From assembly GCA_046484135.1 (NCBI GenBank), contig JAWOBU010000104.1, positions 1 to 41,619 of the forward strand: a DNA stretch of 41,619 nt, written 5' to 3'. A program made the position numbers and the translations under genes. This document shows, one piece after another, positions 25,357-35,011 of this stretch. The notes under the pieces were generated by a model. It made no database searches and was not told the origin of the DNA. It was given only the letters and a program-made list of their open reading frames with translations. Within the stretch, counting starts at the first letter, position 1. Each line of letters opens with the position of its first letter. The stretch comes from a bacterium (GTDB lineage: Bacteria > RBG-13-61-14 > DATKZS01).

Positions 25357-26910
25357 TTAGTGTCTGTTTTTCGCGACCTGTTCGGTTTTAGCTTCCGGCG
25401 GCCAGGGCCGTGCCGGGCCGAGGGGCAGCTCTTTTTTAAGTTCGAGCTTCATTTTTTTCATGTAATTTTTAAAGCCCTTGGTGTCGCTTACGGGCGGCTG
25501 CGGAATTCCGGTAACGCGCAGGGGGTTCACCGGCTTTCCGTTTTTATACACGCGGTAGTCCAGGTGGGGACCGGTGGCCAGTCCACTTTCACCCACGTAT
25601 CCGACCACCTGCCCGCGTGAGACGCGTTTTCCCCTTTTGATCCCTCCGGCATAGCGGGACATGTGGCCGTAGAGCGTCTTGAAGCCGCTGTCGTGCTTTA
25701 CGACCACTGTCCTTCCAAAGCCGCCTTTCCTTCCGACGTACACCACCCGGCCGTCCGTGGCCGCCTTGATCGGTCTTCCGGCGGGAGCGGCATAATCAAT
25801 GCCCAGGTGGGGCCGGTAGACCTTGAGTATGGGATGAAGCCTGCGGTGGGTGTATCCGGACGAGATGCGGCTATACTTTACCGGGCAGAGCAGCCCGTTT
25901 CTCTTGGTGGCTTTTCCCTGCTCGTCATAGTAGCTGACCTTGCCGTTGTCCTCGAATCGGAAGCTCCAGTAGGTGTCGTCGCCGATCTCGAACCTGCCGG
26001 CCAGGAGGGGTCCTTCCTCGCCCACCAGGTCGCCGGGAGCCACCACTATGCTGAACTCGGTGCCCTGCTTTATCTGCCGCTCGAAGTTGATCTGGCCGAA
26101 CACGTGAATCACGGACATTATCTTGGAGGGGGACATCCCGGCTTCCATGGCCGATTTATAAAAGGAGCTTTCCACGGTGCCGCGGTAGTAGTGGTAGCCG
26201 CTCTCGGGGTCCACCCATACCGGCCTCGGCAGATCGAAAGGAGACGCCTCAGAGGATTCCAGCTCCGCCTTGTCAAAGGTCTCGATATAAACAACAAAAT
26301 CACCTTCGTCGCTGTCCTCCCGCTCTATCACCAGCCGCTCGCTCTTGTTGATGTTGAGCTCGAAACGGACAAAACGGCCCGACCCGTCCTTGTAAAGGCT
26401 GAGAGATTGACCGGGACGCAGCCGGGCAAGGTTGTACTTCTGCTCGGCAAGCTTGCTCCAGGAAAGTATCTTCCCCTTGGACACCCCGAAGCACTGGAGG
26501 GCGGTAAAAAGGTTGTCGTGCTCGTCAATGGTGTAAGATACCTTATCGAGTTCGTCTAAAGAGGAGTCCTGGAAATCTTCTTCGGAAAGCGAGTCCCCCG
26601 ACTCCGGCTCCAGCGGCCCGCCCGTGTCCGAGCTCGATTCCGAGTCCGGATTCTCGGAAGAGGCTGAAGCTTCTTTTACAAGCCGAGCGGAAGGGCTCGC
26701 GTTTTCATCAGCCCCGCCCGACCGCATGGAAACCATCTTCATTCCGGCGCCGGAGAGAAAAGCGGCGCAGAACACTCCCGTAATGAACACAGTGGTGCCG
26801 AAAACAAAGCTGTACTGGCCCTCTCCCGGAAAACAGAGCCATTCCAGGAAAGACCTTCCCCACGACCTGCAACGGGGAAACTCTTGCGGACTTATCCCTC
26901 GAAAACTCAA
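25357..26910 (-). CDS. M23 family peptidoglycan DD-metalloendopeptidase (MepM/Csd3-like)
   Basis: RISSGY, RLHPIL, HLGIDYAAP, YGHMSRY, GESGLATGPHLDY; N-terminal TM segment. Confidence 0.93.
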   Translation of the reverse strand: MSFRGISPQEFPRCRSWGRSFLEWLCFPGEGQYSFVFGTTVFITGVFCAAFLSGAGMKMVSMRSGGADENASPSARLVKEASASSENPDSESSSDTGGPLEPESGDSLSEEDFQDSSLDELDKVSYTIDEHDNLFTALQCFGVSKGKILSWSKLAEQKYNLARLRPGQSLSLYKDGSGRFVRFELNINKSERLVIEREDSDEGDFVVYIETFDKAELESSEASPFDLPRPVWVDPESGYHYYRGTVESSFYKSAMEAGMSPSKIMSVIHVFGQINFERQIKQGTEFSIVVAPGDLVGEEGPLLAGRFEIGDDTYWSFRFEDNGKVSYYDEQGKATKRNGLLCPVKYSRISSGYTHRRLHPILKVYRPHLGIDYAAPAGRPIKAATDGRVVYVGRKGGFGRTVVVKHDSGFKTLYGHMSRYAGGIKRGKRVSRGQVVGYVGESGLATGPHLDYRVYKNGKPVNPLRVTGIPQPPVSDTKGFKNYMKKMKLELKKELPLGPARPWPPEAKTEQVAKNRH

Positions 26911-27107
26911 ATTAAAACCCCCTGCACGCTCCTTATCCTCTCCGCACTACTTCGCGGAATTGAAATACTCCTTCTCCCCTTTTCTCAAAAGCAAACCGTT
27001 GCCATTTTATACTGTTTGCTTGATTAATGCAAATGGAAACCGTTAGGATATCAACACAAAAGGATAAATTAAGCCATTCTCTTTTTACAGTCAAGGAGGA
27101 GCTTATA

Positions 27108-28040
27108 GTGGAGAAAAACACAGTAATAAAAACCGCGGCCGCTCTCATCGCCGTCATGTTGACTGCGGCGCCACTCCCGGGAAAAGACCGGAAGACCTGG
27201 GACATTGACAAGCCGGTTACCGCCTCTTTTGCCACAGGGGAGGTCGAGTACACCGGCGAGGTCCAGGTGATCGCCTTCAACATCGAAAGGGGCTTCTTTT
27301 GGGAGGACGTGGCCGCGTACATCGAAAAGAAACGCGAACAAGTGCCGGCGACCATCGTGCTCCTGTCGGAGTGCGACCGGAACCACCATCGCACCGGCGA
27401 CGAGTTCGTGGCCCGGAAGCTGGCCAGCAGGCTCGGCATGAACATGGCCTATGTCACCGAGTTCATCGAGTACAACGACAAGACCGTGATAAACCAGGGA
27501 GACCACGGCAACGCCATCCTCTCTCCCTTCCCCTTGTCGAACCTTACCGTGATCCGGCATACCTCCGCCTTCTCCTGGCAGAAATACGGCTTTCTACAGG
27601 GAGAACCGCGCTTCGGCGAGCGGGTGACTTTGGGAGCCACCGTGGAGCTACCCGGCGGCGACAAGCTCCGGGTCTACTCCGTGCATTTTGAATCCAACGC
27701 CGGGAGCTTCGAGAAGTGGGAGCAGATGAAAGAGGTCCTCCGTGACACCGAGTATACCCCTTACCCGGTGGTGATCGGCGGCGACTTTAACGAGATGTCC
27801 TTCGGTGTCATGTTCAGAAAGCTCGGCAGGTACGCCATCCAGAACTCGTTCGCTGAAAACGACCAGCCCACGGGCGGGTGTGAGCCGGGCGAAGGAGGGG
27901 CGGATTGCAGGATCAAGATTGACTGGCTGGTCCATCGGGACCTCGAGCTCGTAAAGAGCACAGTGGACTATCCTTTGAACTCGGAAGGCGGCATTATCTC
28001 GGACCACGCACCGGTAAGGGCTGTGTATAGGATGGAGTAA
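27108..28040 (+). CDS. Endonuclease/exonuclease/phosphatase family protein (secreted)
   Basis: FNIERG, LLSECD, GNAILS, SVHFES, IGGDFN, IDW, SDHAPV. GTG at 27108 has an AAGGAGG SD and begins a signal-like sequence. Confidence 0.9.
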   Translation: MEKNTVIKTAAALIAVMLTAAPLPGKDRKTWDIDKPVTASFATGEVEYTGEVQVIAFNIERGFFWEDVAAYIEKKREQVPATIVLLSECDRNHHRTGDEFVARKLASRLGMNMAYVTEFIEYNDKTVINQGDHGNAILSPFPLSNLTVIRHTSAFSWQKYGFLQGEPRFGERVTLGATVELPGGDKLRVYSVHFESNAGSFEKWEQMKEVLRDTEYTPYPVVIGGDFNEMSFGVMFRKLGRYAIQNSFAENDQPTGGCEPGEGGADCRIKIDWLVHRDLELVKSTVDYPLNSEGGIISDHAPVRAVYRME

Positions 28041-28068
28041 AACCGGCCGGCGCTACTTAAGTATCCGA

Positions 28069-28096
28069 TTGACAGCAAGGGCCTGTATGATAGAAT
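28069..28096 (+). promoter_or_regulatory. sigma70-type promoter
   Basis: TTGACA-16 bp-TAGAAT with TG extended -10, upstream of the acyl-CoA synthetase gene. Confidence 0.6.
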
Positions 28097-28186
28097 CCGG
28101 GACATCCGCTTATTAAAGGGGTCTGCTTTCTAAGGAGCAGGGATTCGGGCCCTCTCCCTGCCGGAGCGCGAAGGAGGTTTGAAGGA

Positions 28187-30121
28187 ATGTCGGATATCAT
28201 CTGGGAGCCGAGCGAGGAGTACATACAGAACACCAACATCAAGCGTTTCATGGACAAGCACGGCATCAAGGACTATCACGAGCTCATAAAAAGGAGCATG
28301 GAAGACACCCAGTGGTTCTGGCGGGCTTGCCTGGACGACTTGGGGGTCGAGTGGTACAAGCCTTACGAGACCCTGATGGACGACTCGAAGGGGTTCCCCT
28401 GGACCAGGTGGTTCGTGGGCGGGACCATGAACATAGTCCACAACTGCCTGGACCGGCACATCCGGGACGGTTACGCTGATTCTCCCTGCCTGTTGTGGGA
28501 GAGCGACGACAAACAGAAAAAGCAGTACACCTACGGCGAGATGAACGCGCTGGTGTGCAGGATAGCCAACGCGCTGCGGGCGGACGGCATCGGCAAGGGC
28601 GACTTCGTGGGCATGTTCATGCCCATGGTGGCCGAGATCGTGCCGGTGTACTTCGCCTGCCTCAAAGTGGGCGCCATCGTGATCCCGGTGTTCTCCGGGT
28701 TCGGCGCATCCGCCTTGGCAACCCGTTTACAGGACGCCGGGGCCAAAGCCCTGTTCACCGCGGACGGCGGGATGCGCCGCGGCAAGGGTGTTCCCATCAA
28801 GCAGGAGGCTGACAAGGCCGCGGAAGAAGTGCCTTCCCTCGAGCGGGTAGTGGTCTACCGTCGGACCGGCGCGGACGTACCCATGAAGTCGGGCCGGGAC
28901 GTTTTCTTTGACGAGTGGATCGAGGGCCAATCCGATAAGGCCGAGACCGAGGTGATGGAGTCAGAGGACATGTGCATGGTGATCTACACCTCGGGCACCA
29001 CCGGCCGTCCCAAGGGCACGGTCCACACCCACGCGGGGGTCACCGCCCAGGTGGCCAAGGAAGTGGGCTATGCCTGCGACGTCAAGCCGGAGGACGTGTT
29101 CTTCTGGCCCACCGACATCGGCTGGATGATGGGACCGTGGGAGATGATAGGATGCCAGTTCTTCCGGACCCCCTACCTTATTTACGAAGGCACTCCCAAC
29201 TACCCGGAGTCCGATCGGCTCTGGAACGTGGTCGAGGGGCATCAATGCACCCACTTCGGGATCTCTCCCACCGCCATCCGGCTCATGAAATCCAACCCGG
29301 ACGAAGAGGTGGAAAAGCACGACTTCTCGAAGCTTCGCATCCTGGCCTCCAGCGGCGAGCCGTGGGACCCGGAAGCGTACATGTGGTTCTTCGAGAAGGT
29401 GGGCGGGGGCCGCTGTCCCATCATCAACATCTCCGGAGGAACCGAGATCATGGGCTGCCTGCTCCAGCCGTATCCCATCTATCCCTTGAAGCCCTGCTCG
29501 TTGCAGGGACCGGCGCTGGCCATGGACGTGGACGTGTTCGACGAGGAAGGCAACTCCATAAAAGGAGGCATCGGCCACCTGGTCTGCAAGAAACCGGCGC
29601 CCTCCATGACCAAGTCCTTTTTAAACGACGACCAGAGGTACCTGGACACCTACTTCTCGACTTACGAAGGGGTCTGGTACCACGGCGACTGGGCGCACGT
29701 GGACGAGGACGGCTTCTGGTTCCTGCACGGCCGCTCGGACGACACCATCAAGATAGCGGGCAAGCGCACCGGTCCCGCCGAGATCGAGTCCGCGGTGAAC
29801 GAGAACAACGCGGTCCAGGAAAGCGCGGCCATCGGCGTGCCCCACGACATCAAGGGAGAAAGCGTGGTAACCTTTGTAGTGTTGAAGCAGGGCGTCGAGC
29901 CCTCCGAAGACCTCAGGGAAGAGCTGTCCAAGATGGTGGTGGGAAAGCTCGGAAAGACCATGAAGCCGGAGAAGCTCTTGTTTGTAAAAGCCCTTCCCAA
30001 GACCCGCTCCGGCAAGATCGTGCGCGGGTCCATAAAACGCAAGTATCTTGGGAAGGACCCCGGAGACTTGTCCTCGGTGGAAAACCCGGACGCCATCGAA
30101 GGCATAGCATCCGCACGGTAA
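28187..30121 (+). CDS. Acetyl-/acyl-CoA synthetase (AMP-forming)
   Basis: YTSGTTGRPKG, DIGWMMG, GEPW, SGGTE, HGD, GRSDDTIKIAGKR, LPKTRSGKIVR. Confidence 0.93.
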   Translation: MSDIIWEPSEEYIQNTNIKRFMDKHGIKDYHELIKRSMEDTQWFWRACLDDLGVEWYKPYETLMDDSKGFPWTRWFVGGTMNIVHNCLDRHIRDGYADSPCLLWESDDKQKKQYTYGEMNALVCRIANALRADGIGKGDFVGMFMPMVAEIVPVYFACLKVGAIVIPVFSGFGASALATRLQDAGAKALFTADGGMRRGKGVPIKQEADKAAEEVPSLERVVVYRRTGADVPMKSGRDVFFDEWIEGQSDKAETEVMESEDMCMVIYTSGTTGRPKGTVHTHAGVTAQVAKEVGYACDVKPEDVFFWPTDIGWMMGPWEMIGCQFFRTPYLIYEGTPNYPESDRLWNVVEGHQCTHFGISPTAIRLMKSNPDEEVEKHDFSKLRILASSGEPWDPEAYMWFFEKVGGGRCPIINISGGTEIMGCLLQPYPIYPLKPCSLQGPALAMDVDVFDEEGNSIKGGIGHLVCKKPAPSMTKSFLNDDQRYLDTYFSTYEGVWYHGDWAHVDEDGFWFLHGRSDDTIKIAGKRTGPAEIESAVNENNAVQESAAIGVPHDIKGESVVTFVVLKQGVEPSEDLREELSKMVVGKLGKTMKPEKLLFVKALPKTRSGKIVRGSIKRKYLGKDPGDLSSVENPDAIEGIASAR

Positions 30122-30150
30122 ACTCGGCTTCGGGAAGTGGAAACAAAGAG

Positions 30151-30687
30151 GTGGAAAAAAAGCCTGTTACTCTGGTTGTTTTATTTTCGGCCCTTCTTCT
30201 GGTCTGCCTGGGAACCAAGTGCCGGGAGAAGAAGCCGGGCCATTACGTAAACAAGGACAAGGGCTTCGAGATATCTTTCCCGGAAAAATGGGAGATCAGG
30301 GAAAAGCGGTTGGATATAGACGTGATCGGCTTCTCTCCCCCCACCGGGCCGGATGACGGGTTCCGGGACAACGTGTACGTGTACTCGAAAAAGGTCCCCG
30401 AAAACAAGTCCGCCGACGAGGTGTTGGACGCCAACATCTCTTCCATGATTAACACCCTTACCGACTTCCAGCCGGGAGACCGGGGCCATACCGAGATCGG
30501 CGCAAAAAAGGCCGCCCGCCTCGAGTACAGGTTTCGGCAAGGGCGTTTCAAGCTGGCCGGCACTCTGTACGTCCTGACCGAAGGGGACCGGGCATACTTT
30601 ATCTACACGGTGGCGGAACAAAAGAGCGAGTCTGCTTTCGAAAAGGCATTTACAAAGACGGTCAAGTCTTTCCGGATACTGAAATGA
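30151..30687 (+). CDS. PsbP/DcrB-like putative lipoprotein
   Basis: GTG after GAG(G); signal ending LGTKC; GFEISFPEKW...KTVKSFRI pattern. Confidence 0.75.
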   Translation: MEKKPVTLVVLFSALLLVCLGTKCREKKPGHYVNKDKGFEISFPEKWEIREKRLDIDVIGFSPPTGPDDGFRDNVYVYSKKVPENKSADEVLDANISSMINTLTDFQPGDRGHTEIGAKKAARLEYRFRQGRFKLAGTLYVLTEGDRAYFIYTVAEQKSESAFEKAFTKTVKSFRILK

Positions 30688-31259
30688 AGCCATTAAAGCT
30701 GAAAATACTGGCGCTGTTGATACTGCCGGCCCTGTTGTGCGCCTGTCCCAAAGAGAAGGCCCGGAAAGGGACGGAAGACGGCAAGGAGCAGGTGGAGGCC
30801 GCCGAAGTCCGCACGCCTTTCAAGACGATCGAGGCAGACGGGGCTGGTTTCTCCATTTCCGTTCCCAAAGACTGGAACGTACAAAAAGGGGGGGGCAACC
30901 CGGTGGTGTTTGCATCAGCGCCCGGGTCGGACAAAAACGGTCCCTCCACCAACGTGGTGGTGGAGGAGCTCTCTCAGCGCATGGCACCTTATGATTACCT
31001 GGAGGCCAACCTTGTCACCATGCAGATATCCCTGCCGAACCTCGAGGTACTCCAGCAGGGAACCGGTCTCCACTCCGGCATCCAGATGGCATGGATACTC
31101 TATACCTATCCCAGGGATGAAGTAAAGGTGGTAGCGCTCACCTACTGCCAGACCAGGAACTATACCGCCTACGTGGTAACCTCTATGTGTCCGGCCGACC
31201 GGTTCGACCAATACAAAAGCGTCTTCGTGAAGATCGGGCAGTCGCTCCGGGTGAAATAG
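30684..31259 (+). CDS. PsbP/DcrB-like putative lipoprotein (paralog)
   Basis: ATGA overlap with the upstream gene; lipobox LCAC; GFSISVPKDW, NVVVE, KIGQSLRV. Confidence 0.78.
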   Translation: MKPLKLKILALLILPALLCACPKEKARKGTEDGKEQVEAAEVRTPFKTIEADGAGFSISVPKDWNVQKGGGNPVVFASAPGSDKNGPSTNVVVEELSQRMAPYDYLEANLVTMQISLPNLEVLQQGTGLHSGIQMAWILYTYPRDEVKVVALTYCQTRNYTAYVVTSMCPADRFDQYKSVFVKIGQSLRVK

Positions 31260-31289
31260 CCCCGGACCACATAACACCGGGAGAAGTTC

Positions 31290-32069
31290 ATGGCCGGTAA
31301 AGAAAGTCTTGTAACTTTAACCACCGATTTCGGCAGCCGGGACCCTTACGTGGGTATAGTAAAAGGCGTCATCCTGGGGCTGTGCCCGGACGCCCGGATC
31401 ATTGACCTGACCCATCACATCCCCGCCCAGAACATCAACTACGCGTTATGGACATTAAAGGACTCGGTGCATTACTTCCCGGAAGGGACCGTCCACATGG
31501 CGGTGGTGGACCCGGGCGTGGGCGGAAGCCGCCGTCCCATCGCCCTGCGCTCGGGAGGACAAATCCTGGTGGGGCCTGACAACGGCATATTCTCTGCTTT
31601 TATCCCGGCGGACGAGATCGTGGTATGCAACCGGCCCGAGTTCTTCCTGCCAAAGGTGAGCAGGACCTTTCACGCCCGCGACATATTCGCGCCGGTGGCA
31701 GCCCGGCTCGCCTGCGGGTGGGCGCTCTCCGACCTGGGAGACCCTATCACCGATCCCATGGAGATACCGGTCCACGAAGCAAGGCCCGAGGAAGGCTCCA
31801 TCCTGGGAAAAGTGGTACAGGTGGACCATTTCGGAAACCTTATAACCAACATCCCCGCGGACATGGTGCCGGAAAGATCAAAGGTTACGGTCAGTGTCAG
31901 AAACCGGAAGGTGGCCGGCTTGAGCGAATGTTACAGCGCCGCGGAGCGGGGGACCTTGACCTGCCTGATCGGCTCATCCGGAAGGCTCGAGATAGCGGTG
32001 CCGCAGGGAGCGGCCGCTTCCGTACTCGCAGCGGGAGTGGGAGACGAAGTGGAAGTGGAGTTCGACTGA
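31290..32069 (+). CDS. SAM hydroxide adenosyltransferase / SAM-dependent halogenase family (DUF62)
   Basis: LTTDFG..DPYV, DLTH, VVDPGVG..RR, GPDNG, TFHARDIFAP, VDHFGNLITN. Confidence 0.93.
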   Translation: MAGKESLVTLTTDFGSRDPYVGIVKGVILGLCPDARIIDLTHHIPAQNINYALWTLKDSVHYFPEGTVHMAVVDPGVGGSRRPIALRSGGQILVGPDNGIFSAFIPADEIVVCNRPEFFLPKVSRTFHARDIFAPVAARLACGWALSDLGDPITDPMEIPVHEARPEEGSILGKVVQVDHFGNLITNIPADMVPERSKVTVSVRNRKVAGLSECYSAAERGTLTCLIGSSGRLEIAVPQGAAASVLAAGVGDEVEVEFD

Positions 32070-32070
32070 G

Positions 32071-33285
32071 ATGTCCAAAACAAAGTACGTGGTGCTCCTG
32101 GGAGACGGCATGGCGGACGATCCCCAACCCGAGCGGGACGAAAAAACCCCCCTCGAGCTGGCCCGGACACCCGCGCTCGACCGGATAGCCCAAGCGGGAG
32201 AGATGGGGCTGGTACAAACCGTGCCCCCTGACATGGAGCCCGGATCGGACGTGGCCAATATGTCCGTCTTGGGATACGAGCCCAAGAAGTACTATACCGG
32301 CAGGGCGGCCATTGAAGCGGCCGCGCTCGGGATAGAGCTTACGCCCGGGGAGGCCGCCTTCCGCTGTAACCTGGTGTCCTTCTCCGGCGAGCCTCCCGAG
32401 CTTTACATGGCCGACTACAGTGGAGGACATCCGAGCTCGGAAGAACAGAAAGCCATAGTGGAGCTTTTAAACCAGGAGCTCGCCGGGTTCAACGCCCGGT
32501 TCATACCCGGCGTGAGCTTCCGGAACCTGTGCGTTATATCGGAATTCTCCGGAGAGCCCGATTTAAAACCGCCGCACGACCACGCCGGAGCGGCCATACA
32601 AGACATCCGGCCCGAAGGACCCGGCTCCGACATATTCCGCGAAATACAGGAAAAGGCCCGCCTACTGCTGCAAGACCACCCCCTGAATAAAGAAAGAGAG
32701 AAACAAGGCAAGCCGCCCGTAAACGGCATCTGGCTGTGGGGAATGGGAACAGCGGGCTCTATGCCCTCGTTTTACGAGCGTTACCATAAGACCGGAGCGG
32801 TGGTTACCGGCGTGGACCTGATTCGCGGACTGGCCCGGCTTCTGGGTCTCGACATTATAAACGTGCCCGGCGCCACCGGGTACGTGGACACCGATTTCGA
32901 GGGAAAAGCAAAGGCGGTGCTGGAAGCCCTGCAAAAGACTGACTTCGTGTTCCTCCACGTGGAAGCGCCGGACGAGTCCGGGCATGAAGGAGACCTGGAC
33001 CTGAAGATACGGGCCATAGAAGACTTTGACCGGCGGGCGGTCCGGCCCGTCCTGGAAGGACTGCAAAGCTTTCCCGACTATCGCGTCCTGCTTCTTCCTG
33101 ATCATGAAACCCCCGTCCAACAGAGGTGCCACCGGGGAGGGCCGGTGCCTTATGCGGTGGCCGACCGGCAAGCACTGCAAAACCCGCCTCACCCGGGCAG
33201 GCCGTTCACCGAGAGTGCGGCAAGAAAAGCAGGCTCCGACATAGTGGAAGGTCCCCGCCTGTTGGAATCAAAGCTCTTTTCCTGA
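32071..33285 (+). CDS. apgM: Cofactor-independent phosphoglycerate mutase, archaeal type
   Basis: LGDGMAD, TPLELA, PGSDVAN, GRAAIEAA, AFRCN, HVEAPDESGHEGD, PDHETP. Confidence 0.93.
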   Translation: MSKTKYVVLLGDGMADDPQPERDEKTPLELARTPALDRIAQAGEMGLVQTVPPDMEPGSDVANMSVLGYEPKKYYTGRAAIEAAALGIELTPGEAAFRCNLVSFSGEPPELYMADYSGGHPSSEEQKAIVELLNQELAGFNARFIPGVSFRNLCVISEFSGEPDLKPPHDHAGAAIQDIRPEGPGSDIFREIQEKARLLLQDHPLNKEREKQGKPPVNGIWLWGMGTAGSMPSFYERYHKTGAVVTGVDLIRGLARLLGLDIINVPGATGYVDTDFEGKAKAVLEALQKTDFVFLHVEAPDESGHEGDLDLKIRAIEDFDRRAVRPVLEGLQSFPDYRVLLLPDHETPVQQRCHRGGPVPYAVADRQALQNPPHPGRPFTESAARKAGSDIVEGPRLLESKLFS

Positions 33286-33433
33286 TATATTAATAAAGAG
33301 GCCCGACAGCAAGGCTGCGTTCGGGTCTCTGAAATTTTTAAGAGGGCGACAAGGCGGAAGCTACCGGCGGGAAGCTCTCGAAAGGCCGCCATGCCGGATG
33401 TCCGCGACAAGCCTGCTCTGCAAGGGACAAACC

Positions 33434-33637
33434 ATGCCCAAAGTCGTAGTGATAAAAGAAAGATGCAAGGCGTGCGAGCTCTGTATAACATTCTGTCCCC
33501 AAGAATGCCTGGCACTGGGAGACGAGATAAACTCGGCCGGCTTTTACCCGGTCGAGCTCACCAACGAGGACGACTGCAAGTCCTGCGCGATCTGCTCCGA
33601 CATGTGCCCGGACATGGCGCTCGAGGTGTACAAGTAG
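33434..33637 (+). CDS. 2x[4Fe-4S] ferredoxin, delta subunit of 2-oxoacid:ferredoxin oxidoreductase
   Basis: CKACELCITFCP and CKSCAICSDMCP; ATG at 33434. Confidence 0.92.
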   Translation: MPKVVVIKERCKACELCITFCPQECLALGDEINSAGFYPVELTNEDDCKSCAICSDMCPDMALEVYK

Positions 33638-33666
33638 CACAAGCGTTGTAGAAAATGAACGAAAGA

Positions 33667-33876
33667 TTATATCACGCAAAGACACAAAGGCGCAGAGATT
33701 CAAGTTTTTTTAAGATCAGAACGCACAAAAGCACATAGTAAACTGATAGAAGCCAAGGCAGATGGAAATCCAGCTCTCTGGAGAGAACTATGGAAAGAAG
33801 GATGATACAACAAAGCCAAAACGCCACTTTCTATTTTATTTTTCCCCTTTGCGCCTTCGCCTTTGCGTGAGATAAA
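33667..33876. repeat. Repeat family B inverted pair with ~150-bp spacer (REPIN-like)
   Basis: TTATATCACGCAAAGACACAAAGGCGCAGAG ... CTTTGCGCCTTCGCCTTTGCGTGAGATAA. Confidence 0.8.
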
Positions 33877-33920
33877 TTCGTTTGAAAAATTTGAACCTAA
33901 TCCTTAAACGGTGATCCGAC

Positions 33921-34985
33921 ATGGAAAAGAAAAGAAAACTTATAAAAGGAAACGAAGCCATCGGCAAGGCAGCGGTGGCCGCGGGTTGCCGCTATTACTT
34001 CGGCTATCCCATCACCCCCCAGTCAGAAGTCCCGGAGTATCTCTCCCGGGTTTTCCCAAAGGTCGGGGGAGTTTTCCTGCAGGCCGAGTCGGAGATAGCA
34101 TCCATCAACATGCTCTTGGGCGCGGGCGCCGCCGGCAAGAAGGTCATGACCTCGAGCTCCGGCCCCGGCATATCGCTCATGCAGGAGGGGATCTCTTACA
34201 TGGCGGGCTCGGAGGTCCCGGGAGTCATAGTGAACGTGCAACGCTCCGGCCCCGGTCTCGGAGGCATTTCCCCCAGCCAGGGCGACTACTTCCAGGCGAC
34301 CCGGGGGGGCGGGCACGGCGATTACCGCACTCCGGTGCTGGCGCCTTCCTCCGTCCAGGAGATGTGGGACCATACCGTGCTCGCGTTCGACCTGGCCTCC
34401 CGCTACCGCACTCCTGCCATAGTCCTCGCCGACGCCATGCTGGGCCAGATGAAAGAACCGCTCGACGAGACCGTGCCCGAGTTCCCGCCCCTGCCGGAGA
34501 TGGACTGGATCACCGACGGCTGCCGGGGCCGCGATCCGCGGGTCGTAAAGTCCCTGTACCTCGGCGAGGGAGAGCTCGAGAAGCACTGCTGGAGCCTTTA
34601 CCGGAAGTACCTCCGCATGAAGGAGGCCGAGACCAGGTTCGAGGAGGTGGACACCGAAGACGCCGAGCTGGTGGTGGTGGCGTTTGGAAGCGCGGCCCGC
34701 ATCAGCAAAAGCTCGGTGATGCGCGCCCGCGAGGAGGGAAAGAAGGTCGGGCTTTTGCGGCCCATAACCTTGTGCCCGTTTCCTGAGGACAAGCTGGCTG
34801 AGCTGGCTGACGCGGGCAAATCGTTTTTAGTGGTCGAGCTCAACACCGGCCAGATGGTGGATGACGTGCGAATGGCGGTAGGCAGGCGGCCGGAGGTACA
34901 CTTTTACGGCCGTCCCAACGGAGCAGGCTCCCTGCCGACCCCTGACGAGATCTATAACGAGATCATGGAGTCGTACCCGGCCTGA
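33921..34985 (+). CDS. vorB: 2-oxoacid:ferredoxin oxidoreductase alpha subunit (3-methyl-2-oxobutanoate dehydrogenase VorB-like)
   Basis: KGNEA, FGYPITPQSE, QAESE, TSSSGPGISL, RSGPGLG, DYFQATRGGGHGDY, LRPITL. Confidence 0.92.
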   Translation: MEKKRKLIKGNEAIGKAAVAAGCRYYFGYPITPQSEVPEYLSRVFPKVGGVFLQAESEIASINMLLGAGAAGKKVMTSSSGPGISLMQEGISYMAGSEVPGVIVNVQRSGPGLGGISPSQGDYFQATRGGGHGDYRTPVLAPSSVQEMWDHTVLAFDLASRYRTPAIVLADAMLGQMKEPLDETVPEFPPLPEMDWITDGCRGRDPRVVKSLYLGEGELEKHCWSLYRKYLRMKEAETRFEEVDTEDAELVVVAFGSAARISKSSVMRAREEGKKVGLLRPITLCPFPEDKLAELADAGKSFLVVELNTGQMVDDVRMAVGRRPEVHFYGRPNGAGSLPTPDEIYNEIMESYPA

Positions 34986-35011
34986 GACGGGTACGCTCAA
35001 GGAGCGATAAA

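Noticed and set aside
28972..30150. N-terminal 393 codons of the 571-aa ORF
   Set aside because: Off-frame shadow of the acyl-CoA synthetase; only 30151-30687 looks like a real gene.
31290..32069. Fluorinase/chlorinase (halogenase) assignment
   Set aside because: The Asp/Arg/His pattern (VVDPGVG..RR, FHARD) and housekeeping context fit the common DUF62 SAM hydrolase; no biosynthetic cluster is nearby.
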